In this document: positions 52,478-60,859 of the stretch, one piece after another
Position numbering within the stretch: position 1 is the first letter of the stretch
Layout: each line of letters opens with the position of its first letter
Assembly: GCA_963761535.1 (NCBI GenBank)
Contig: CAVXGS010000002.1
Coordinates: 1,189,852-1,253,851, forward strand
Direction: 5' to 3'
Length of the DNA stretch: 64,000 bases
Origin: an uncultured Coriobacteriales bacterium
Lineage (GTDB): Bacteria; Actinomycetota; Coriobacteriia; Anaerosomatales; CAVXGS01
Made by a program: the position numbers and the translations under genes
The notes under the pieces: model-generated
Seen by the model: the letters and a program-made list of their open reading frames with translations, nothing else
What the model was told of the DNA's origin: nothing
The model's database searches: none

Positions 52478-52962
52478 TGGAGCCGCTGGTCGAGTTGCTC
52501 GCTCCCGACGCCGCCGGCGTCTCCCGCCTCGGGGCGCTGCTTCGGCGCTACGTCGCCGAGCAGGGCTGGGACGGCGACCCCGCCCACCTCGAGGAGATCG
52601 CCGCGCTGCCCGGCGAGTACTCGCCCCCGAAGGGCGCGATGCTTATGGCGTCGGCCGGGGAGGTCGATGTCGGCTGTGCCGTCATGCGGCCCATCGAGGC
52701 GTGGTGCGGCGAGTGCGTCGAGATGCGGCGGCTCTACGTGATCCCCGAAGCGCGGCGACAGGGCGTGGCGCGCGCGATCCTCGACAGCGCCGAGGCGTGG
52801 GCGTCCGCTGCCGGATACGAACGCCTGCGGCTGGTAACCCTGCCCCACATGACCGAGGCCATCGAGCTCTACCGGCTCGCCGGGTTCGCGTTCGTCGAAC
52901 CCTACCGCCCATCGACCGCCGACGATGCGATCTTCATGGACAAGCCGCTCGTCCAGCCCTAG
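52477..52962 (+). CDS. GNAT-family N-acetyltransferase
   Basis: 161 aa. MRRLYVIPEARRQGVARAILDSAEAWA...YERLRLVT is the acetyl-CoA-binding motif A region. ATG shares one base with the upstream TGA. Confidence 0.7.
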   Translation: MEPLVELLAPDAAGVSRLGALLRRYVAEQGWDGDPAHLEEIAALPGEYSPPKGAMLMASAGEVDVGCAVMRPIEAWCGECVEMRRLYVIPEARRQGVARAILDSAEAWASAAGYERLRLVTLPHMTEAIELYRLAGFAFVEPYRPSTADDAIFMDKPLVQP

Positions 52963-52968
52963 CCGCTC

Positions 52969-53024
52969 GTCCGGCGCCGGCCTCGCCGGACGCGGAAGGG
53001 GCGGCACCACTCGGCACCGCCCCT
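52969..53024. terminator. two tandem GC-rich hairpins between the convergent GNAT and livF genes (bidirectional terminator candidates)
   Basis: GTCCGGCG-ccggcct-CGCCGGAC (52969-52991) and AGGGGCGG-12 nt-CCGCCCCT (52997-53024). No clear U-tract. Confidence 0.45.
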
Positions 53025-53048
53025 CCGGGTTCACGATGAGTTCCTCGG

Positions 53049-53759
53049 CTAGCTCTCGCCGAGATACGCCTTGCGGACCTCTTCGTTCGTAAGCAGTTCC
53101 TTGCCGGGACCGGACAGCTTGATCTCACCGGTCTCGAGCACGTAGCCGCGATTGGCGATCGAAAGCGCGAGGTGCGCATTCTGCTCGACGAGCAGGATGG
53201 TGATGCCCTCTCGGTTGAGCTGTTCGATCGTCTCGAAGATCGTCTCGACCACCACGGGCGCGAGACCCATCGACGGCTCGTCGAGCATCAGCAGCTTCGG
53301 CGTGGCCATGAGCCCGCGGCCCATCGCCAACATCTGCTGCTCGCCGCCGGACAGCGTGCCGCCCTTCTGGCTGCGCCGCTCGGCAAGACGCGGGAAGAGC
53401 TCGAACACCCGCTCGATCGAGGCCTTGATCTCGGACTTGTCCTTGCGCAGGAACGCGCCCATCTCGAGGTTCTCGGTAACGGTCATGCGGGAGAAGATGC
53501 GTCGACCTTCGGGAACCTGCACGATGCCGAGCTCCGCCACCTTGTGCGCGGGCATGCCGGCGATATCGGTACCCGAGAACTGCAGCGTGCCTGCAGACGG
53601 CTTGAGCTGACCGGAGATGGTCTTCAGGGTCGTCGACTTGCCGGCACCGTTCGCGCCGATGAGCGTGACGATCTCGCCCTGCTCGACGTCGACGCTGATG
53701 CCCCTGAGCGCCTCGATCTTCCCGTAGCTCGTGACGAGGTTGTCGACCTGGAGCAGCAT
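53049..53759 (-). CDS. livF: branched-chain amino acid ABC transporter ATP-binding protein
   Basis: GANGAGKSTTLK, LSGGEQQMLAMGRGL, LLMLDEPSMGLAP and the typical LivF C-terminus (EEVRKAYLG). Confidence 0.85.
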   Translation of the reverse strand: MLLQVDNLVTSYGKIEALRGISVDVEQGEIVTLIGANGAGKSTTLKTISGQLKPSAGTLQFSGTDIAGMPAHKVAELGIVQVPEGRRIFSRMTVTENLEMGAFLRKDKSEIKASIERVFELFPRLAERRSQKGGTLSGGEQQMLAMGRGLMATPKLLMLDEPSMGLAPVVVETIFETIEQLNREGITILLVEQNAHLALSIANRGYVLETGEIKLSGPGKELLTNEEVRKAYLGES

Positions 53760-53768
53760 GGGTTCTCC

Positions 53769-54713
53769 TTACTCCTGGTCCTGCGTCTCGCCGTCGGGCT
53801 CAGGTGCGCCGTCGGGCTCGCTCGCGGGTACGTCGGACAGGTCGGTCTCGGCGGTCGATGCGCCCTCGAGCGGCTCTTCGGCAAGCATTGCCGCCTCGAG
53901 CGCCTCGGCGACGTCGCCGCCGCTCTCCTCGGCAGCTGCGAACGCCTCACCGGCGGCCTTGCCGAGATACGCCTCGATCACGCGCGGGTTGCGCTGGATC
54001 TCGAGGGGCAGGCCCTCGGCGATGAGCGTGCCGAAGTCGAGCACGTAGATGCGCTCGGCGATATCCATGACGACCTTCATGTCGTGCTCGATGAGCAGCA
54101 CGGTGATACCGAGGTCGCGGACGCGGCGAACCAGCTCCACCAGGGAGGCCGACTCCTGCGGGTTCATACCGGCGGCCGGCTCGTCGAGCAGGATGAGCTT
54201 GGGCTGCGTCGCCAGCGCGCGGGCGATCTCGAGACGGCGCTGGTCGCCGTAGGGCAGGTTCTTGGCCAGCTCGTTCGCGTGCTGGTCGAGGTTCACGAAC
54301 CTGAGCCACTTCAGTGCCTCGTCGACCGTCTTCTGCTCCTCGCGCTTGAACTTGCCGGAGCGCAGAACGGCGGCGAGCGGCCCGGCGAGAGTCCTCGTGT
54401 GCCGGCCGACCATCACGTTCTCCAGCGCGGTCATGTTGGAGAACAGGCGGATGTTCTGGAACGTACGGGCGATGCCCATCTCGCAGATGACGTTGGGCTT
54501 CTTGCCGCCCACGGTGGTCCCCTCGTAGGTGAGAGTGCCCTCGGTGGGGGTGTAGATGCCGGTGAGCATGTTGAAGAACGTGGTCTTGCCCGCGCCGTTC
54601 GGTCCGATGAGGGCGACGATCTCGCCTTCGTCGATGTGCATGGTCACGTCGTTCACGGCCTTGAGGCCGCCGAACTGCATCGTGACGTTGGCTGCGTCGA
54701 CCAGTCGTGTCAT
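53769..54713 (-). CDS. livG: branched-chain amino acid ABC transporter ATP-binding protein with an acidic C-terminal tail
   Basis: GPNGAGKTTFFN, LPYGDQRRLEIARAL, LILLDEPAAGMNP and IEAYLG, followed by a ~60-aa E/A/D-rich extension. Confidence 0.85.
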   Translation of the reverse strand: MTRLVDAANVTMQFGGLKAVNDVTMHIDEGEIVALIGPNGAGKTTFFNMLTGIYTPTEGTLTYEGTTVGGKKPNVICEMGIARTFQNIRLFSNMTALENVMVGRHTRTLAGPLAAVLRSGKFKREEQKTVDEALKWLRFVNLDQHANELAKNLPYGDQRRLEIARALATQPKLILLDEPAAGMNPQESASLVELVRRVRDLGITVLLIEHDMKVVMDIAERIYVLDFGTLIAEGLPLEIQRNPRVIEAYLGKAAGEAFAAAEESGGDVAEALEAAMLAEEPLEGASTAETDLSDVPASEPDGAPEPDGETQDQE

Positions 54714-54731
54714 TGCGCTACTCCCCCCTTC

Positions 54732-56075
54732 CTAAAGGTCTTCGCCGGGGACGTTGACGTCGTGCTGAGCTTCGTACAGAGCCTCGTTCTCGTCGTCGAG
54801 CATCTTCTCCGTCTCGGGATGGAGCTCGCGTGCACGACGCTTGGAGGGGAAGATGCCCTGCGGCCTCCAGGCCATCATGACCACCATCAGGAGGCCAAAG
54901 ACCAGGTAGCGGTAGTTGCCGATCAGCGTCGCGGTTCCCGGATCGATCGGCAGCTTGCCCGAGGCGGCCATGCCCTGGATGAACGCAGGCACGCCCGTGA
55001 TGAGCAGGCCACCCACGATCGCGCCGGGGATCGATCCCATACCGCCGAGAACGACGATGGAGACCACGAACACCGACTCCATGAAGTTGAAGGTCTCGGG
55101 CGTGACGCTTCCCTGCAGGTTGACGAAGACGAGACCGGCCAGTCCACCGGACAGAGCGCCGAGCGAGAACGCCCACAGCTTCGAGGTCATGATGTTGACG
55201 CCCATGGACGACGCAGCGACCTCGTCCTCGCGCATCGCGGTCCATCCGCGACCCAGACGGGAGTCGTCAAGCCTGCGCACCACGAAGATCGTTGCCAGGC
55301 AGAACAGCACGATGACGAAGTACCAGTACAGGTTGGGGTCCACGTAGAACTGCGAGTTCCCCAGCCGCAGTGTGAGGTTCTCTGACATCCACTTCAGCCC
55401 GATCGGGTCGGGCAGGATGACGCCCGCACGAGGCAGGCCCGCCGCACCTCCGGTCAGACCGAATGCGTTGTTCGTGATGATGATGCGGACGATCTCGCCG
55501 AAGCCAAGCGTCACGATGGCGAGGTAGTCCCCGCGCAGGCGCAGGACCGGCGTGCCCAGCATGATGCCCGTTGCAGCGGCGCCGGCGGCAGCCAGCGGGA
55601 TGCAGATGATGAACATCCACGGCAGGATCGCGCTGCTCGAGCTGACCGAGCGGATCGCCGTGGAGAACGCCGGGTCTGACGCGAGCTGCTGCATCGGGGC
55701 GTTGTAGGTCATGATGCCCCACAGGTTCAACCCATCGGGCACTTGGCCACCCGTGTTCGCGAAGGCGGCTACCGACTGCGACAAGATCACCGTCTGAGTG
55801 ACGATGACCGACACGTAGGACCCGATCGCGAAGAACGCGATATACCCCAGGTCCAGCAGACCCGCGAACCCGACGACGATGTTGAGACCCAGTGCGAGCA
55901 TCACGTACAGGCCCACGATGGCCAGGATCCTCACCATGAAGCCCCAGCCGATCGTCTGGAACATGATCGGCGCCAGGACGACCGCCGCCGCGATGGCGAG
56001 GTACATCAGGACGCGGCCCCACGTCATGCGGCCGGAAGAGACCTTGGTCGAAACGTCCATTTTGCTTCCGCCCAT
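54732..56075 (-). CDS. livM: branched-chain amino acid ABC transporter permease
   Basis: 447-aa polytopic ORF, LivM-like (GLLDLGYIAFFAIGSY...GDYLAIVTLGFGEIVR). The start could instead be the internal ATG (MDVSTK). Confidence 0.8.
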   Translation of the reverse strand: MGGSKMDVSTKVSSGRMTWGRVLMYLAIAAAVVLAPIMFQTIGWGFMVRILAIVGLYVMLALGLNIVVGFAGLLDLGYIAFFAIGSYVSVIVTQTVILSQSVAAFANTGGQVPDGLNLWGIMTYNAPMQQLASDPAFSTAIRSVSSSSAILPWMFIICIPLAAAGAAATGIMLGTPVLRLRGDYLAIVTLGFGEIVRIIITNNAFGLTGGAAGLPRAGVILPDPIGLKWMSENLTLRLGNSQFYVDPNLYWYFVIVLFCLATIFVVRRLDDSRLGRGWTAMREDEVAASSMGVNIMTSKLWAFSLGALSGGLAGLVFVNLQGSVTPETFNFMESVFVVSIVVLGGMGSIPGAIVGGLLITGVPAFIQGMAASGKLPIDPGTATLIGNYRYLVFGLLMVVMMAWRPQGIFPSKRRARELHPETEKMLDDENEALYEAQHDVNVPGEDL

Positions 56076-56077
56076 GG

Positions 56078-57064
56078 CTACACCTTCTCCACAACGGCTT
56101 CGCCGAGCAGACCGCCCGGACGGAAGATCAGGACAAGGATCAGGATCGCGAACGCGATGACGTCTTGGTACGCGTTCGAGATGAAGCCCGCTGCAAGCGA
56201 CTGCACGAGGCCGAGGACCAGGCCGCCGAGCATCGCGCCGCGGAGGTTACCGATACCACCGAGCACCGCGGCGGTGAACGCCTTGATGCCCGGAACGAAT
56301 CCCATGTTGAAGATGACGCTGCCGTAGTACATGCCCCAGTAGACACCGGCGACGGCGCCGAACGCCGGGCCGATGAAGAAGGCCAGCGCGATGACGCTGT
56401 TGATGTCGATGCCCATGAGGCCGGCGGCTTCACGGTCTTGAGAGGTCGCGCGCATGGCCTTGCCGATCCGGGTCCGCGACACGAACTGGTCGAGACCGGC
56501 AAGGAGCACCAGCGCGGTGACGATGATGGCCAGCTGCAGTGACGTCAGCGTGGCTCCCGCAATCTGGATCACCGGCGTGACCGGGAACACCGCGGGATAC
56601 GGGATCGGCTTGGAGTCGATCCACAGCAGGACAGCGTTCTGCAGGAAGATCGACACACCGATCGCCGAGATGAGGGGCGCGAGTCTTGGCGCGTGACGCA
56701 GCGGCCGATACGCGAACCGCTCGATCAGCACGCCGAGAAGGCCCACCGCGATCATCGACACGAGGAAGACGATCGTGAACAGAACGATCAGGCCGAATCC
56801 GCTGCCGGTGAAGAACTCGCTGGCAGGTTTCAGCCACGACATGAACGGCATCGCCTCGGTCACCGCCGCGATGGTGTCCGGGTTCGTGAGCAGCAGCAGC
56901 ACGCCCAGACCAACGTAGGCACCGATCATGAACATCTCGCTGTGAGCGAAGTTGATCATGAGCATGATGCCGTACACCATCGTGTAGCCCAGCGCGATCA
57001 GCGCGAACAGGCTACCCAGCGTTATGCCGTTGAAGAGCTGCTGGATAATGATGGATGCGGACAC
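56078..57064 (-). CDS. livH: branched-chain amino acid ABC transporter permease
   Basis: IIQQLFNGITLGSLFALIALGYTMVYGIMLMINFAHSE is the LivH N-terminus. Start set at GTG 57064; the ORF-track start 57121 remains possible. Confidence 0.8.
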   Translation of the reverse strand: MSASIIIQQLFNGITLGSLFALIALGYTMVYGIMLMINFAHSEMFMIGAYVGLGVLLLLTNPDTIAAVTEAMPFMSWLKPASEFFTGSGFGLIVLFTIVFLVSMIAVGLLGVLIERFAYRPLRHAPRLAPLISAIGVSIFLQNAVLLWIDSKPIPYPAVFPVTPVIQIAGATLTSLQLAIIVTALVLLAGLDQFVSRTRIGKAMRATSQDREAAGLMGIDINSVIALAFFIGPAFGAVAGVYWGMYYGSVIFNMGFVPGIKAFTAAVLGGIGNLRGAMLGGLVLGLVQSLAAGFISNAYQDVIAFAILILVLIFRPGGLLGEAVVEKV

Positions 57065-57180
57065 GTGGATACCTGTCTCGTCATATTGCGAAGGAGTCTC
57101 GCTCAGCAACCGGGCTGGCATCGCTCGATGCCAGCCCGGTTATCGCTTGAGCGTAGGTCACACACGAAGGAGCGCGCGAC

Positions 57181-58392
57181 TTACTTGGTCCACGGCTCCC
57201 AAGCGCCGTTCTTCACGACGTACAGCGTGATGGCCTTGTTGGTAGTGTCGCCGTTCTCGTCGAACGAGATGGCGCCGGTGACGCCCTCGGTGTTCGTCGC
57301 AGCAACGTTCTTGATGATCTCGGTGCGACCTTCGGTCGCGGTCACCTTGTCGGCGCCGACCGTCTCGGAGGCCTTGAGGACCGCGTCGATGATGACCTGG
57401 GTGGCGTCGAAGGCGTACGCGTCGTAGGCCGCGATGTCCTTGCCGGGGAACTGCTTCTCGAACGCGGTCTTGAACTCGCCACCCTTGGGCAGCTGGTCCA
57501 GCGGGAGACCGACGGACGTGCAGTAGTCGCCCTCGGCGTTGGCCGCACCGGCGAGCTCGATGTAGGTCGGATCGTACATGCCGTCGCCGCCCATGATCGG
57601 GGCCTTGCCGCCGGCCTCACTCCACTGCTTGGCAAGGATGGCGCCGGAGTTGTAGATGCCGCCGTAGTAGACGACCGCCGGGTTGAGCCCCTTCATCTTG
57701 GTGACGAGGGCGTTGAAGTCGGTGTCCTTGTCGGAGGTCTTGGCGGTACCAAGCACCTTGCCGCCGTTCGCCGCGAACTGCTTGGCGAACTCGGACGCGA
57801 GACCCTCGCCGTACGGCGTCGAGTCGTCGATGACGTAGGCCGACTTGAGGCCAAGGTCGTTGTAGGCGTAGTCAGCGCCGGCGGGACCCTGGACCGAGTC
57901 GATCGTGCAGACGCGGAACACGTTGTCGAGACCCTGCAGGGTGAGCTGCGGGTTCGTCGAAGCCGGCGAGACCTGAACGATCTTCGCGCGGTTGTAGATC
58001 TTCGAGGCGGGGATCGAGACACCCGAGTTCAGGTGACCCATGACGCCGACGAGTGCGGGGTCGGAGGCGAAGGTGTTCGCCACGTTGCCGCCCTTGGTCG
58101 GGTCGCCCTGGTCGTCGCCCGGAACGCCAACGAACTTGATGCCGGCGGCCTTCGCCGCTTCGCTCTCGTTGGCCTGGGAAATCGCGAGCTCCGCGCCACG
58201 CTGCATACCCTCGCCGAGCGCGACGGCGCCGGCGGTCAGCGGGGCACCAATACCGATCTTGACCTCAACGGTCTCGCCGCTCGACTCGCCGGTCGAGCTG
58301 GTGCTCGAGCCGCCGCCACAACCGGCAGCGACCATCGCGACGAAGACAAGCGTCGCTACGAGCGCAAGAAGCGACCTCTTCCTCAACTTCAT
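57181..58392 (-). CDS. branched-chain amino acid ABC transporter substrate-binding lipoprotein (LivJ/K-like)
   Basis: Lipobox VAAGCGGG, then the type-1 PBP pattern (KIGIGAPLTGAVALGEGM...VGVMGHLNSG...). GGGAGGAAG precedes the ATG. Confidence 0.8.
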   Translation of the reverse strand: MKLRKRSLLALVATLVFVAMVAAGCGGGSSTSSTGESSGETVEVKIGIGAPLTAGAVALGEGMQRGAELAISQANESEAAKAAGIKFVGVPGDDQGDPTKGGNVANTFASDPALVGVMGHLNSGVSIPASKIYNRAKIVQVSPASTNPQLTLQGLDNVFRVCTIDSVQGPAGADYAYNDLGLKSAYVIDDSTPYGEGLASEFAKQFAANGGKVLGTAKTSDKDTDFNALVTKMKGLNPAVVYYGGIYNSGAILAKQWSEAGGKAPIMGGDGMYDPTYIELAGAANAEGDYCTSVGLPLDQLPKGGEFKTAFEKQFPGKDIAAYDAYAFDATQVIIDAVLKASETVGADKVTATEGRTEIIKNVAATNTEGVTGAISFDENGDTTNKAITLYVVKNGAWEPWTK

Positions 58393-58743
58393 CTTCCTCC
58401 CTTGTGCTTAGGACTCCGGATGAGCAGCTGATCACTTCTTCGAGCAGCGTGCCCCCAACCCCATCGAGGGGAATCGGACGAAGCGTAGCAGAACGATGCA
58501 CAGTGCAACAGATGAACGAAACGTTCTCGCGCACGCGATTGCCTCTGCGTGTCGGGGCGAGTCGCCACGCTCTCTGACTGTACGTCAGCTCAGCAGCGGC
58601 CTGCCGGTCGTCGCGAAGGTGTCGCTCGCGTATGCTTCTGACAGCCCGAGGGGACAGCCCGAGTGCCGTCGGGGTCGGTCGCTTTTCGCGCAGACGCACG
58701 GCGGCCGCAACGAACACGCAACCGCAGGAAGGGGTGTCGAGAC

Positions 58744-58968
58744 ATGCTGCCGCTCTCGTTCTGGGCGTGGCTCGTCGTCGCCGCGGTCTGCGTGCTCTAC
58801 GAGCTGGCCGACACCGAGATGCTCTCACTGTCGTTCGGCCTGGGAGCGCTGGCCGCGGCGACCGCGGTCCTGCTCGGCCTCGGCCCCGGCTGGCAGTGGG
58901 GATCGTTCTTCGCGGTCACCCTCGCCGGGTTCGTGCTGCTGGCCCGGTGGTGGGCTCAGGGACGGTAG
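58744..58968 (+). CDS. 74-aa two-helix membrane protein of unknown function
   Basis: ATG 58744 with GGAAGGGG upstream. Sequence MLPLSFWAWLVVAAVCVLYELADTEMLSLSFGLGALAAATAVLLGLGPGWQWGSFFAVTLAGFVLLARWW. Resembles the membrane part of NfeD-like proteins, but there is no soluble domain. Confidence 0.4.
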   Translation: MLPLSFWAWLVVAAVCVLYELADTEMLSLSFGLGALAAATAVLLGLGPGWQWGSFFAVTLAGFVLLARWWAQGR

Positions 58969-59636
58969 TCGACCGAGACCCACACGTAGCCGTCGTGGAC
59001 CGAGACGGGAAACGTGGCCACATCGGCGTTCGGGTGATCGGTGGTACCGTCCCGCACGTCGTATCGCCAGCCGTGCCACGGGCACAGCAACATAAAGCCG
59101 TCGACGAACCCATCGGACAGCGGCCCGAACGCGTGGCGACACAGGTTCGAGAGCGCGAAGTACGACCCCTCGGTGCGGGCGACGGCGATCTCGCGCTTCC
59201 CGATCTTCGCCCGGCGGACCGAACCCTCGGCGAGCTCGCCCTCGGCGAAGACGGGAACCTCGACCGGTCCCGCCTCGGCGTCGATCACGCCGATCAGATC
59301 CGCGCCGTCCTCGACATCGCTACGGATGAACAGGCCGCACCAGCATTTCCGCATCGCCGAGAACTGGTCGCGGTAGAACGGGATGCACGGGCAGACGATC
59401 GCTATGTCGGCCTTGGGGTCGCCGGTCCTGATGCGACAGGGGCAATAGACGTCCCCGTCGCGGTCGAGGATCTCGATCTCGGAGGTGAGGACCTCGTCGA
59501 CGAAGTCGGTCTCGGTGTTGAGCTTGTAGCCCAGGTGCGCGACGAATGGGACCATGTAGGCCTTGAGATCGTCGATCGTGGTTCCCGCCTCGAAGCGGCG
59601 GCGTGGACTGGGAGACGCGCCGTGCGTCTCGGTCAC
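58956..59636 (-). CDS. fusion of a ferredoxin:thioredoxin reductase catalytic-subunit-like domain with a Rieske [2Fe-2S] domain
   Basis: YCPCRIRTGDPKADIAIVCPCIPFYRDQFSAMRKCWCGLF (CPC-x14-CPC-x13-CWC, FTR-beta-like) in the N-terminal half. CRHAFGPLSDGFVDGFMLLCPWHGW (CxH-x17-CxxH Rieske signature) in the C-terminal half. GTG start overlaps the upstream redoxin stop (GTGA). Confidence 0.7.
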   Translation of the reverse strand: MTETHGASPSPRRRFEAGTTIDDLKAYMVPFVAHLGYKLNTETDFVDEVLTSEIEILDRDGDVYCPCRIRTGDPKADIAIVCPCIPFYRDQFSAMRKCWCGLFIRSDVEDGADLIGVIDAEAGPVEVPVFAEGELAEGSVRRAKIGKREIAVARTEGSYFALSNLCRHAFGPLSDGFVDGFMLLCPWHGWRYDVRDGTTDHPNADVATFPVSVHDGYVWVSVDYRP

Positions 59637-59884
59637 AGGTCCAACAGCTCCTTCAGGCGCACCTTGTTGAACCCGACGATGACTTCGTCGTCGACCTTGA
59701 TCACCGGGAACGATGTGCCCCCCGACAGCGCCTTCACTTCGTCGACCGTGCTCTGCTTCTCTTCACCGGTCAGCAGGTCGACGTCGACGAACTCGTACGG
59801 CACGTTGTTCTCGGTAAGGTACTTCTTCGTCATGCGGCAGTACGGGCATGTGGACAGCGCATAGATGAAGACGTTCTTGGCCAT
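59633..59884 (-). CDS. glutaredoxin/NrdH-like small redoxin (CPYC active site)
   Basis: 83 aa: MAKNVFIYALSTCPYCRMTKKYL...SFPVIKVDDEVIVGFNKVRLKELL, a thioredoxin-fold glutaredoxin pattern. Confidence 0.8.
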   Translation of the reverse strand: MAKNVFIYALSTCPYCRMTKKYLTENNVPYEFVDVDLLTGEEKQSTVDEVKALSGGTSFPVIKVDDEVIVGFNKVRLKELLDL

Positions 59885-60007
59885 GAGAACTCCTCGCTAC
59901 CGGTGGGCGCGCCGCGACCCGCGCGACTCTTGTATTCCCAGTCGTCGCTTCATCGATGCCCCGTTTCTTCCAGCATGAGACAAGCCTCGATTGTCGGCGC
60001 CCTACGC

Positions 60008-60013
60008 TACACT
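60008..60013 (+). promoter_or_regulatory. candidate -10 box (TACACT) placed for a leaderless MBL-hydrolase transcript
   Basis: TACACT ends 6 nt before the ATG at 60020 and there is no Shine-Dalgarno in between. This geometry is typical of leaderless mRNAs in Actinomycetota. Confidence 0.3.
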
Positions 60014-60019
60014 GCCCGC

Positions 60020-60859
60020 ATGCCCACCGGCCCACACGCCCACGCCCCGAATGCCGACACCCGCGCGACCCGAGTCGTCGTACTCGGCAGCGGCTCGTCG
60101 GGCAATGCCATCGCGGTGACCGACGAGGTCGACACGCTGCTCGTCGACTGCGGGTTCTCGGCACGAGAGACGTGTCGTCGGCTCGCGAGCGCGGGCATCG
60201 AGCCGGCGACCGTGCGCGCCGTTCTCGTCACGCACGAGCACACCGACCACACCCGCGGGCTCGAGGTCTTCGTGAAGCGCCGGGAGGTCGAGGTGTGCGC
60301 GACCCACGGGACGCGCCGGGCCGCGGGCCTCGACGGACTCGCCCCCGAGGTGCGGACGCTCGCAACGGGGCAGTCCCACAGAGTGGGAGGCTTCGAGGTC
60401 GTCCCCTTCCGCACCTCCCACGACGCCGCCGAGCCGTGCGGCTACCGCATCCGCGCGCGGAGCGGAGAGACGATCGGGCTGGTCACCGACACCGGCGTCC
60501 TGACGCCCGAAACGCGCGAGGCGCTCGAGGACTGCGACGTGATCGGCATCGAGAGCAACCACGACGTGCGCATGCTGCAGGTGGGTCCGTACCCGGCGTT
60601 CCTGAAGCGCCGCATCGCCTCTGAGCGAGGCCACCTGTCCAACGCGGCGGCGGCCGAGGCCCTCCACAATCTCACCTCGTCGCGGTTGCGTCAGGTGATC
60701 GCGCTGCACCGCTCGAGGACCAACAACACCCGAGAGCTGGTGCTCGCGTCGCTCAGGGAGCGGCTCGCTCAGCTCGGATACCAGGGCGAGCTCGTCGCAG
60801 CCGGACAGACCGAGGCGTGCGGTGATCTGCCATGCCGGCAGGAGACGCTGTTCGGCTAG
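60020..60859 (+). CDS. MBL-fold metallo-hydrolase (YycJ/WalJ-like)
   Basis: VVVLGSGSSGNA...LLVDCG...VLVTHEHTDHTRG...TSHDA...ESNHD...GHLSN. Start ATG 60020 within ORF 59603..60859. Confidence 0.75.
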   Translation: MPTGPHAHAPNADTRATRVVVLGSGSSGNAIAVTDEVDTLLVDCGFSARETCRRLASAGIEPATVRAVLVTHEHTDHTRGLEVFVKRREVEVCATHGTRRAAGLDGLAPEVRTLATGQSHRVGGFEVVPFRTSHDAAEPCGYRIRARSGETIGLVTDTGVLTPETREALEDCDVIGIESNHDVRMLQVGPYPAFLKRRIASERGHLSNAAAAEALHNLTSSRLRQVIALHRSRTNNTRELVLASLRERLAQLGYQGELVAAGQTEACGDLPCRQETLFG

